Below, one piece after another: positions 56,189 to 64,000 of a DNA stretch of 64,000 bases (the stretch's first letter is position 1; every line of letters starts with the position of its first letter). The stretch is from an uncultured bacterium. Its GTDB lineage: Bacteria > Verrucomicrobiota > Kiritimatiellia > CAIKKV01 > CAIJXV01. The translations under genes were made by a program, and so were the position numbers. The stretch spans positions 67,376-131,375 of the forward strand of contig CAIJXV010000093.1 in the NCBI GenBank assembly GCA_903824675.1, in the 5' to 3' direction. The notes under the pieces were generated by a model. That model was not told the origin of the DNA. It saw only the letters and a list, made by a program, of their open reading frames with translations, and made no database searches.

Positions 56189-56666
56189 TCATCCCCGTCA
56201 AACCATTGATCCGCAAAGCGGCATTCATGCCGGCATTGTTGACATCCCTTAATCCCAACGTGATGGTTTGATTATTGAGCAATGAACCACTGGGTTTAAA
56301 CGTAATTTTCAACCCACCGGTCGGAATGGTATTGGTGAATTGCGCCCCCAAGGGAAGCTCCTGGGGCATGCCCCGCACCAATCCGACGCCGGTATTATTC
56401 GTAATATAATACACTTGATTGCTGATGATATTGACCATGATTTCGACTCTTTTCAGCACGGCATATTGACGGGCTAAAGACAGCGAAGAACGGACATCAT
56501 TAACCGCTGCGTTTAATTCCTTGCCCCGTTTCACGTTATTCCATGAAACGACACTCGCGGTCGTGATCAACAGCATCAGGATCATGACCGTCATCATTTC
56601 GATCAGCGTGAAGCCCGCCACTGATCGATTCCGTGAAAGGACATTAGTTGCCAATGTAGGATACAT
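56175..56666 (-). CDS. FimT/GspH-like minor pilin
   Basis: VAG|FTLIEMMTVM, LSLARQYAV, ITFKPSG, INGLTG. Confidence 0.85.
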   Translation of the reverse strand: MYPTLATNVLSRNRSVAGFTLIEMMTVMILMLLITTASVVSWNNVKRGKELNAAVNDVRSSLSLARQYAVLKRVEIMVNIISNQVYYITNNTGVGLVRGMPQELPLGAQFTNTIPTGGLKITFKPSGSLLNNQTITLGLRDVNNAGMNAALRINGLTGMIDYE

Positions 56667-57123
56667 TATCGCCAAGGGTATTGATGTTTTTATCCGGCCC
56701 CGCCGAAATCAGGCTGACCGTACTATTGGTGGGATCAACCGTAATGGAATAGGGCGAACCCCAGCCATCGTAAAATGTCACATTGGTTCCATCCATTTCC
56801 CAAAAAGCCCGCTGGCGTTTATTCAGCACGGTATAGGGCAAAACCGGGTTGGATGAAACCAGGTACTTGACCAATTGATAATTATTGTTTCGCCAGGTTG
56901 AATTGGTCTGCAAACCATCCGGATCCCCCGGCCATTTCTCGTATTCCGCCTTAAAACTGCGGATGGCCTGCTCCATCGCCCGCATATCCACTTTGGCGCG
57001 GGTGATTTGCGCTTTCTGTCGCGCCTTCCAGAGACCGGACCCGACCATGGCCATTAAAAGCACGATCAGGGCGATGACGACCATCAATTCCACCAAGGTA
57101 AAAGCCTGGACTGATTTTTTCAT
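56644..57123 (-). CDS. GspG-like (pseudo)pilin 3
   Basis: VQA|FTLVELMVVI, FKAEYEKWP, DGWGSPY, ISAGPDK. Confidence 0.88.
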   Translation of the reverse strand: MKKSVQAFTLVELMVVIALIVLLMAMVGSGLWKARQKAQITRAKVDMRAMEQAIRSFKAEYEKWPGDPDGLQTNSTWRNNNYQLVKYLVSSNPVLPYTVLNKRQRAFWEMDGTNVTFYDGWGSPYSITVDPTNSTVSLISAGPDKNINTLGDNVSYIGN

Positions 57124-57132
57124 GGTGTGGTA

Positions 57133-57654
57133 TTACCAACTTACGACGTCGTCGCTGGGATCAGCCACGAGAGGCCCCTCGGACCAGACCGCCACAGCCC
57201 GCATGACCACGTTATTGGTCTTCTTGGATCCGGTGCCCCGCTGGATCGCAATCTGGTTGTCATAATTGACGTCAAACGCGATCTTATAGAGCCGGGGATC
57301 GGCATCGGTTGACCACGGGTCTTTCATTCCGCCACTGACCGCCGTCGATTTTGAACTGATTTCCATGTAGTTCAAATTCTTGGTGTTGTTGCTCATCAGG
57401 CAGGAAACCCGGTCTTTATCCATCGTAACGGCCGACTCCGACGCACTCGCTTGCGCCGGCCAGGTTCGATTGTCGGACAAGACGTTTTTCCACGCCAATT
57501 CCAACTGTTTGATTTCGGCTCGCGCCCGGGTTTTTTTAGCCTGATTTTTTGCCGCGTTGATGACCGGAAACAACATCGCCATCAAAATGGCGATGATCCC
57601 GATCACCACCAACAATTCGATCAGCGTAAACCCCTGGGCACTATTTCGTTTCAT
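57133..57654 (-). CDS. GspG-like (pseudo)pilin 2
   Basis: AQG|FTLIELLVVIGIIAILMAMLFP, KDPW, VWSEGP. Confidence 0.9.
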   Translation of the reverse strand: MKRNSAQGFTLIELLVVIGIIAILMAMLFPVINAAKNQAKKTRARAEIKQLELAWKNVLSDNRTWPAQASASESAVTMDKDRVSCLMSNNTKNLNYMEISSKSTAVSGGMKDPWSTDADPRLYKIAFDVNYDNQIAIQRGTGSKKTNNVVMRAVAVWSEGPLVADPSDDVVSW

Positions 57655-58366
57655 AGGAATGCGTCTTTCCCGTTAACCAAAAATCATCCGACGGATCATT
57701 GACATCTTCGCCGATACACCATAACTGGTAAGACTGATAGTTATCAGTCGCTGATGATGTATAGTAGTATCGACACGAATCGTTGGCCGTGCCTCCGCCG
57801 GGGGCTCGAGTTTTCTGGCTCATCCAGGGATCCGCGACAATAAACCCATATTGTTCGTAGGTGGTCTGTCCTTTATCCGCCGCGGAATTGGTCTGTGTTC
57901 CCATCGAATAATCACTCACCTGAATATCTTCCAGATAATGCGCCCATTTGTAGGACGCGGTGGGGAAAGGATAATCTGTAAATGCCGATGTCCCATGGAT
58001 TTTTCTTTTTTTGACCTTAGAAAAGATATATCCCTCCAAGCCGGGCCCGGCCCCTTTCCGTTCCGAAACGGGAACATAGAAAAGCTTGCCATCCGAAGGG
58101 TCCGTCTGCGAATCAGGATTCCAGTCCTGTGGCTGATGTCCAAAATGGCTGACCGGGGGATAATGTCCATATTCCGAGTAAAAAGCTTCTACGGCCAATT
58201 GAATCTTGGTCAGATCGTCCATGGCTTTTTTATAATTGATCTTCCGATAAACATATTTACCGGTCATCAGCGTTATGGATGCCAAAACGGCGATGATCAC
58301 CACCACCGCCAGTAACTCAATGAGGGTAAAACCCAGCTTTCGGCAGAAATGACCCTTCCGATTCAT
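57641..58366 (-). CDS. GspG-like (pseudo)pilin 1
   Basis: KLG|FTLIELLAVVVIIAVL, FYSEYGHYPP, DPW, YQLWCIG. AGGAGG RBS. Confidence 0.88.
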   Translation of the reverse strand: MNRKGHFCRKLGFTLIELLAVVVIIAVLASITLMTGKYVYRKINYKKAMDDLTKIQLAVEAFYSEYGHYPPVSHFGHQPQDWNPDSQTDPSDGKLFYVPVSERKGAGPGLEGYIFSKVKKRKIHGTSAFTDYPFPTASYKWAHYLEDIQVSDYSMGTQTNSAADKGQTTYEQYGFIVADPWMSQKTRAPGGGTANDSCRYYYTSSATDNYQSYQLWCIGEDVNDPSDDFWLTGKTHSYETK

Positions 58367-58389
58367 AACCACCTCCTTTATTCTCTTAA

Positions 58390-58418
58390 ATTATAGCCTT
58401 TTTTGAGGTCACTCACAA
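58390..58418 (-). promoter_or_regulatory. Internal sigma70 promoter for the seven-pilin cluster
   Basis: TTGTGA-N17-TATAAT. Confidence 0.6.
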
Positions 58419-58459
58419 GCGCCTTAATCGGACTGGCACCGGCTTCAACCCCCGCTGGA

Positions 58460-59812
58460 TCAACCCGACAGGTTCCCCACGATCGAAATCAGCGGCATGA
58501 ACATCGCGATGACGATGGTTCCGACAATCACCGCCAGGAAGATGATCAGGATCGGCTCGATAATCGACGTCATCGCATCCACGGCCGTGTCGACCTCATC
58601 CTCGTAATTACTCGCAATCCGCATCAGCATATCCGGCAGGGCGCCCGTCTCCTCACCCACCTGGATCATGCTCACCACCATGCTGGGAAAAACGCCCGAC
58701 GCCTCGAGCGGTCCGGCCACGGTTTCCCCTTCCTTCACACTGTCATGCACCTGCTGGATGGCCCGGATCAAAACCTTGTTGCCGGCGATATCCCGCACGA
58801 TATTCAAGGCGCTGAGCATCGGCACGCCACCGGTCAGCAGGGTTCCCAACGTCGAGGTGAACTGCGCAATGGCCGATTTCCGCATCAAATCTCCAAAGAT
58901 CGGCGCCGATAATTTGAGCCGGTCCAGCAATTCCGACCCCACCTTGGTCTTGGCGAGCATCTTGATCGCAATCACCAAAGCGGCAATCGCGCCGATCACA
59001 TAAATCCCCTGCTGGGTTACCGCCTCGCTGACGTTCAGCACGAATCGAGTCAGAATCGGCAAGGGGGTATCCCCCAACATATCGCTGAAGATTTCCTTGA
59101 ATTTCGGGATTACGAAGACCATCAGCACGCCTAAAATGACCATCGCAATAACCAGCACGACCACCGGGTAAACCATGGCCCCTTTGATCTTGTTGCGGAT
59201 TTTTTGCGATTTTTCCATATGCTCCGCCAACCGCGTCAACACCGTCTCCAAGGCGCCGCTGGCTTCCCCCGCGCGGACCATGTTGACAAAGAAAAAGTCG
59301 AAAATCCGGGGATGCTGAGCTACCGCCTCGGCAAAGGTACTGCCGTTCTCCACCGATTCAGCCATCGCGGTGATCGCGTTGCGCATCGTCGAATTGGGTT
59401 CCTGTTTCTGCAGGATATGCAACCCCCGCAGTAACGGCAAACCCGCGCTGTGCAAGGTGGCGAATTGTCGCGAAAAAACCATTAATGTCTTGAGATTGAC
59501 ATTGGGTTTGAAGAGGTTGGCCAAAAATCCGGGCAGCTTCATCTCCATCTGCATGCCCTTTTTCGGCACCGCAGCGGGAGGTCCGCCGGCCCGGACAGGT
59601 GCACCCGCCGGTGCCGCGGCCGAAGAGGCGGCTCCGGAAGTCGCGGCCGGTTTCGCGGCCGCTTTTCCACCGCCGCCCACTTCCGTGACCATGGTGGGGA
59701 ACAGACCCCGTTCCCGAATGCCGGCCACGGCTTTCGCCTGGCTCTCGGCTTCAATGACCTCCTGCACCTCACGCCCCTTGGCGTCCATTGCGGTATATTT
59801 GAATTTGGGCAT
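58460..59812 (-). CDS. pilC: Type II secretion / type IV pilus platform protein GspF/PilC
   Basis: FSRQFATLHSAGLPLL, FVNMVRAGEASGALE, AMVYP, GEETGALPDML, IEPILI, AMFMPL. True start is MPKFKY at 59812. Confidence 0.93.
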   Translation of the reverse strand: MPKFKYTAMDAKGREVQEVIEAESQAKAVAGIRERGLFPTMVTEVGGGGKAAAKPAATSGAASSAAAPAGAPVRAGGPPAAVPKKGMQMEMKLPGFLANLFKPNVNLKTLMVFSRQFATLHSAGLPLLRGLHILQKQEPNSTMRNAITAMAESVENGSTFAEAVAQHPRIFDFFFVNMVRAGEASGALETVLTRLAEHMEKSQKIRNKIKGAMVYPVVVLVIAMVILGVLMVFVIPKFKEIFSDMLGDTPLPILTRFVLNVSEAVTQQGIYVIGAIAALVIAIKMLAKTKVGSELLDRLKLSAPIFGDLMRKSAIAQFTSTLGTLLTGGVPMLSALNIVRDIAGNKVLIRAIQQVHDSVKEGETVAGPLEASGVFPSMVVSMIQVGEETGALPDMLMRIASNYEDEVDTAVDAMTSIIEPILIIFLAVIVGTIVIAMFMPLISIVGNLSG

Positions 59813-59840
59813 GAAATCGAGTCCTCCCTGACTATTTCGC

Positions 59841-59868
59841 ATTATAGAAAACCCGCCCGCCGATGCAA
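59841..59868 (-). promoter_or_regulatory. Sigma70 promoter for pilC
   Basis: TTGCAT-N16-TATAAT, then a GGGAGG RBS. Confidence 0.55.
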
Positions 59869-59892
59869 TGCTTATTCCATTCCAGGGGCACC

Positions 59893-60244
59893 GCCGGGCG
59901 CATCTGCGATTCGGTTCACAGAAACCGCCTAAAGGGCGTTTATACCAACCGTTTTCTTTCATTGTCGGCCCGCCCTCCGTGGCGGGCGTCGGGTGAGGGT
60001 GCGGGCTGGATCCGCGCGGACGCCGGGCGCTGAGGCCCGGCCTACACGGGAATCCGGTTGTGGGCGAAGCCTCACCTGGGGGCGGTTTATCAAGGAAACA
60101 GGCGAACCGTTTTCTTTCATTGTCGGCACGCCCCTCCGTGGCGGGCGTCGGGTGAGGGTGCGGGCTGGATCCGCGCGGACGCCGGGCGCTGAGGCCCGGC
60201 CCACACGGGGAATCCGGTTGTGGGCGAAACGCAGATGCGCCCGG
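59893..60244. repeat. REP/BIME- or MITE-like element: perfect 16-bp terminal inverted repeats enclosing two direct repeats of about 122 bp
   Basis: GCCGGGCGCATCTGCG (59893-59908) and CGCAGATGCGCCCGGC (60229-60244). Direct repeats at 59947-60068 and 60105-60227. Each has a GTCG-led hairpin and an opposite-strand GTAG/GTGG-led hairpin (GCCGGGC-N6-GCCCGGC). Confidence 0.9.
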
Positions 60245-60255
60245 CACCGTACCCA

Positions 60256-60284
60256 TAAAAAAGGCCGACCCTTTCGGGCCGGCC
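60256..60284 (-). terminator. Intrinsic terminator of the fab operon
   Basis: Minus strand AGGCCGGCCC-GAAA-GGGTCGGCCT-TTTTT. Confidence 0.8.
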
Positions 60285-60318
60285 TGTCGTCGTCATTTCA
60301 GATCTAGATGCCGATCGC

Positions 60319-61563
60319 TCAATCCACGCGCTTGAGGCACAGGGAGGCGTTGTGGCCGCCAAATCCCAGCGAATTATTCAAGCAGGCACGGATTTTGAAG
60401 TCGCGCGGGGTGTTCGGAACATAATCCAGATCGCACTCGGGATCGGGCGTGGTGTAGTTGATCGTCGGGGTGACGACCCCCTTCGCCATGGACAGGGCGC
60501 AGACCACGGTTTCCATGCCGGCCGCCGCGCCTAAAAGGTGTCCCGTCATCGATTTCGATGAACTCACCATGACTTTATAGGCCCGATCGGGACCCATGGC
60601 TGTTTTAATGGCCGCGGTCTCGAATTTGTCGTTCAATTCAGTGCTGGTTCCATGCGCATTGATGTAATCGATGTCGGCCGGGGTCACGCCCGCATCCTTC
60701 ATCGCCATCACCATTGCCCGGGCCGCACCTTCGCCACCCTCTGCCGGCGCCGTGATATGATTGGCATCGCAGGTCATTCCAAATCCGGCCACTTCGCACC
60801 AGATCCGGGCGCCGCGCTTACGGGCATGTTCCAAATCCTCCAGCACGACGACCGCCGACCCCTCGCCCATCACAAACCCATCGCGGTCCTTGTCAAAAGG
60901 CCGACTGGCTTTGGTGGGATCGTCATTGCGCGTGCTCAAGGCGCGCATGGCAGAAAATCCGCCGATCCCCAGGGGGCAAATCGTCGCCTCGGTCCCGCCG
61001 GCCAGCATCACATCGGCATCGCCGCGTTCAATGAGACGCTGGGCTTCGCCGATCGAATGGGCGGCCGTCGCGCAGGCCGAAACCACGCCAAAATTGGGCC
61101 CCTTGAATTTCATGTCGATCGCGATCAAACCCGCACACATATTGATGATCATCTGCGGAATCATGAAGGGCGAACACCGGTCCGGACCCTTGTCCCGCAA
61201 AATCGAGTGCTGGGTTTCGAGCGTCTGTAATCCACCGATCCCTGAACTGACCGTACAGCCGCACCGGAAGAGATCTTCCTGCGCCAGGTCCAGTCCGGAA
61301 TCTTTCATCGCCATTTTGGCCGCCGCCACAGCATAGTGGCAAAAGGCGTCCATGCGCCGTTGTTCCTTCTTCGGAATAAAGGCGTCCACATCAAATTCGA
61401 TCACTTCACAGGCAAAGTGGGTCGGCATGTTCGACGCATCAAACCGGGTGATCATCCGCGCCCCGGAATACCCGGTCGTCAGACGTTTCCAAATCGTCTC
61501 CAAATCGCTTCCCAAAGGGGAAACGACCCCCATCCCCGTGATCACCACGCGCCGCTTATCCAT
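60319..61563 (-). CDS. fabF: 3-oxoacyl-ACP synthase II
   Basis: [46 protein letters not shown]. Confidence 0.97.
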   Translation of the reverse strand: MDKRRVVITGMGVVSPLGSDLETIWKRLTTGYSGARMITRFDASNMPTHFACEVIEFDVDAFIPKKEQRRMDAFCHYAVAAAKMAMKDSGLDLAQEDLFRCGCTVSSGIGGLQTLETQHSILRDKGPDRCSPFMIPQMIINMCAGLIAIDMKFKGPNFGVVSACATAAHSIGEAQRLIERGDADVMLAGGTEATICPLGIGGFSAMRALSTRNDDPTKASRPFDKDRDGFVMGEGSAVVVLEDLEHARKRGARIWCEVAGFGMTCDANHITAPAEGGEGAARAMVMAMKDAGVTPADIDYINAHGTSTELNDKFETAAIKTAMGPDRAYKVMVSSSKSMTGHLLGAAAGMETVVCALSMAKGVVTPTINYTTPDPECDLDYVPNTPRDFKIRACLNNSLGFGGHNASLCLKRVD

Positions 61564-61603
61564 GATCGCTCTCCTAAAAAAATCTCAGATTGATGTCCGC
61601 CAT

Positions 61604-61643
61604 CAAGAAAGGCCGAGGAGATGGGAAACCCCATCTCCTCGGC
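61604..61643 (-). terminator. 14-bp perfect hairpin between acpP and fabF (partial terminator or stability element)
   Basis: GCCGAGGAGATGGG-aaac-CCCATCTCCTCGGC; weak U-tract (CTTTCTT) on the minus strand. Confidence 0.6.
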
Positions 61644-61666
61644 ATAAAAAACCGGCAGGATCGACT

Positions 61667-61906
61667 TCAGTCGCCGATGTTCTTGCCTTTGAGGTATTCA
61701 ATAACCGCGCCGACCGTCGTCAGCTTCTCGGCATCCTGGTCCGGAATTTCCTGTCCGAATTCCTCTTCGAACGCCATGACCAATTCGACGGTGTCCAATG
61801 AGTCAGCACCCAGGTCCTCGATGAAGGAAGCCTCGGGCTTGACCTGATCCGCATTGACCCCCAGTTGCTCAACAATGATATCCCGAACTTTATCTTCAAG
61901 CGCCAT
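61667..61906 (-). CDS. acpP: Acyl carrier protein
   Basis: [20 protein letters not shown]. Confidence 0.98.
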   Translation of the reverse strand: MALEDKVRDIIVEQLGVNADQVKPEASFIEDLGADSLDTVELVMAFEEEFGQEIPDQDAEKLTTVGAVIEYLKGKNIGD

Positions 61907-61953
61907 TTTCTGTTTCTCCTTACCTTATGCCTATCCCTTGGTTCCCGATACCC

Positions 61954-62703
61954 TTACATCACCATTCCACCGTTGACGGATAAAACTTGCCCCGTCAGGT
62001 ACGCGGAAGCGTCGCTGGCCAGGAACAACACCGCATGGGCGATGTCCGCCGGCAAACCGAACCGCCGCATCGGAATGGCGTCCAACATTTTTTTCCGGAT
62101 TTCCTCCGGCAAAGCATCCGTCATTTTGGTCTCAATAAACCCGGGCGCAATCGCATTCGCCCGGATGTTACGCGAGGCCAGTTCCTTGGCGGTCGACTTG
62201 GTCAGGGCGATCGCCCCTGCCTTGGACGCCGCATAATTACACTGCCCGGCGTTGCCGATCAAGCCGATAATCGAGGCGATATTGATGATGTTGCCCGATT
62301 TTTGCTTCATCATCAGCTTGGCCACGGCCTTGGTCATCAAAAAGGTGCCCTTGAGATTGATATCCAGCACCGCATCCCAGTCCTCTTCGGACATGCGCGC
62401 CAGATAACCGTCCCGGGTAATCCCCGCATTATTCACCAGGATGTCGATCCGGCCACAGGCGGCCTGCACCGCATCCACGGCCGCATCCACCTCAGCCGCT
62501 TTGCTGACATCCGCAGCCACGGAAATGACCTTGCGGCCCATCCCCTTCACCGCGGCTTCGGTTTCGGCCAGCCATTCCACCTTGACGTCGCACAGCGCCA
62601 GATCAGCCCCTTCCGAAGCCAGTTTCTCCGCCACCGCACGCCCGATGCCCCGGCCCGCGCCAGTCACCAACGCTATTTTACCGTCCAAGCATCCCATGAT
62701 CAT
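61954..62703 (-). CDS. fabG: 3-oxoacyl-ACP reductase
   Basis: [40 protein letters not shown]. Confidence 0.96.
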   Translation of the reverse strand: MIMGCLDGKIALVTGAGRGIGRAVAEKLASEGADLALCDVKVEWLAETEAAVKGMGRKVISVAADVSKAAEVDAAVDAVQAACGRIDILVNNAGITRDGYLARMSEEDWDAVLDINLKGTFLMTKAVAKLMMKQKSGNIINIASIIGLIGNAGQCNYAASKAGAIALTKSTAKELASRNIRANAIAPGFIETKMTDALPEEIRKKMLDAIPMRRFGLPADIAHAVLFLASDASAYLTGQVLSVNGGMVM

Positions 62704-62733
62704 TCTCCTTGCCGGTCCGTCGTCCCCGGGCTC

Positions 62734-63660
62734 TCAAGCACCGCGTACCGCGGCCCCTGTGGTTTTCAGGCTCGCTTCATCCTGTATAGCATAAGCCACC
62801 GCCGACTTGTCAATACGCTTTATCAATCCCCCTAAAATCTTTCCCGGCCCGCATTCGACATAATGCCCCAGCCCAGCCCCTTGAAACCATTGGATACTGC
62901 GCACCCATTGCACCGGGGAGGTCACTTGACGCACCATCGTCTGCTTGATCTGCGCCGGATCATGCGGCAGCCCCGTGACGTTCGCCACGGCCGGAATCCG
63001 CGGTGCCTGGAAGGAAATCGGCCCCAAAAAGGCCTCTAATTCCCGTGCCGCCGAACTCATCAGCTTTGAATGAAAGGCCCCGGCCACCGGCAAGACCACT
63101 GTTCGCTTCGCTCCCGCGGCCTGCGCCAACCGATCCGCTTCCGCTATCCGGTCCTTCGCACCCGATAAAACGGTCTGCTCCGGCGAATTGAGATTCGCAA
63201 TCTCGACTCCCGCCGCAACGCTGATTTTCTCCAAGTCCACCGCCGACAGGCCCATTACGCTCAACATCCCCCCGGGCTGTTCCTCGCAAGCCGCCTGCAT
63301 AAACCGCCCGCGGGCATCCAGGATCCGCACCCCATCCTCAAAACTCAATACCCCCGCCGCATAAAGCGCCGTCCATTCTCCCAGACTCAATCCCGCCACG
63401 CCTCCGACCGCCAGGTCCGGACACTCGGCGCGCAACAGTGCATAACACGCCGCGCTCATGGTGAAAATAGCCGGCTGACACCGGTTGGATTTGGTCAATT
63501 CCTCGATCGGTCCCTCGAAACACAGACGCGCCAGGTCAAACCCGAGAACCGCACTCGCCTGGTCGAACAGCGCCCGGCAGGCCGGATGCCCTTCCGCCAG
63601 ATCCTTGCCCATTCCCACCGCCTGTGCTCCCTGTCCGGCAAAAACAATCGCGTATTGCAT
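62734..63660 (-). CDS. fabD: Malonyl-CoA:ACP transacylase
   Basis: FAGQGAQ, QPAI, GLSLGEW, VAGAFHS, ECGPG. Confidence 0.95.
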   Translation of the reverse strand: MQYAIVFAGQGAQAVGMGKDLAEGHPACRALFDQASAVLGFDLARLCFEGPIEELTKSNRCQPAIFTMSAACYALLRAECPDLAVGGVAGLSLGEWTALYAAGVLSFEDGVRILDARGRFMQAACEEQPGGMLSVMGLSAVDLEKISVAAGVEIANLNSPEQTVLSGAKDRIAEADRLAQAAGAKRTVVLPVAGAFHSKLMSSAARELEAFLGPISFQAPRIPAVANVTGLPHDPAQIKQTMVRQVTSPVQWVRSIQWFQGAGLGHYVECGPGKILGGLIKRIDKSAVAYAIQDEASLKTTGAAVRGA

Positions 63661-63680
63661 TGGTCGATCCTCCTCGCTCC

Positions 63681-64000
63681 TTAAATCTCCAAAACCATCG
63701 CACCCCAGGTGAATCCCCCCCCAAACGCCACCAACACCACCCGGTCACCCGGTTTCACCCGACCCGACCGAATCGCCTGGTCCAGAGCCACCGGAACAGT
63801 CGCCGACGACATGTTGCCGTACTTCTCGACATTGATAAAAACCTTATCCACCGGCAGGCCCAACCGGTCACCGATCGCCTGGATGATCCGAATGTTGGCC
63901 TGATGGGGAATCACCATCTTGATGTCGTCAAAAGTCAGGTCGCATTTTTTCAATACCTGCAACGTCGCATCGGACATGGTCCGCACCGCATGTTTAAAAA
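63681..64000 (-). CDS. fabH: 3-oxoacyl-ACP synthase III (C-terminal part; 5' end beyond window)
   Basis: VIPHQANIRII, YGNMSSATVP, AFGGGFTWG. Confidence 0.93.
   Translation of the reverse strand, partial: FKHAVRTMSDATLQVLKKCDLTFDDIKMVIPHQANIRIIQAIGDRLGLPVDKVFINVEKYGNMSSATVPVALDQAIRSGRVKPGDRVVLVAFGGGFTWGAMVLEI

Noticed and set aside
59947-60227. Two direct repeats with a 36-nt spacer as a possible mini-CRISPR
   Set aside because: The repeats are about 122 bp (too long), there are only two, they contain REP-like palindromes, and no cas genes are present.
59813-60256. N-terminal extension of the 598-aa PilC ORF and other ORFs over the repeat
   Set aside because: This is translated palindromic repeat. 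A promoter and RBS lie directly before ATG 59812.

Overview
A 64-kb chromosomal segment (GC about 55-60%) from a PVC-superphylum bacterium, most likely Kiritimatiellia or a related Verrucomicrobia lineage (inferred from gene content). It is probably an anaerobe, since it carries hydE. Housekeeping blocks: coaE-rho-tig-clpP-clpX, panD, lptF/G-tlyA-nadK, and fabH-fabD-fabG-acpP-fabF. It also has sugar-metabolism genes, larB/larC, and a UroD-like/hydE/sigma54-activator operon. The main feature is a type IV filament/T2SS-like surface system split over two loci. Locus 1 (11.5-19.1 kb) is a five-gene operon collinear with Akkermansia Amuc_1102-1101-1100-1099-1098, ending in a secretin. It lies head-to-head with a 991-aa Thr-Asn-rich modular surface protein that has a candidate C-terminal sorting domain. 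Locus 2 (52.6-59.8 kb) holds PilC/GspF plus seven prepilin-like genes. No assembly ATPase or prepilin peptidase is in the window. Other notable items: a sigma54 activator fused to a catalytically dead ArsC-fold domain, a C-rich leader upstream of coaE-rho, a promoter- and terminator-bounded accessory/symporter/porin operon, and two palindromic intergenic elements. One real gene (UDP-sugar pyrophosphorylase, 1-1276) is missing from the ORF track. No rRNA, tRNA, CRISPR array or intact transposase was found. All family assignments come from motif recognition by eye, not database searches. Many starts were moved downstream of the ORF-track start using RBS or overlap evidence.
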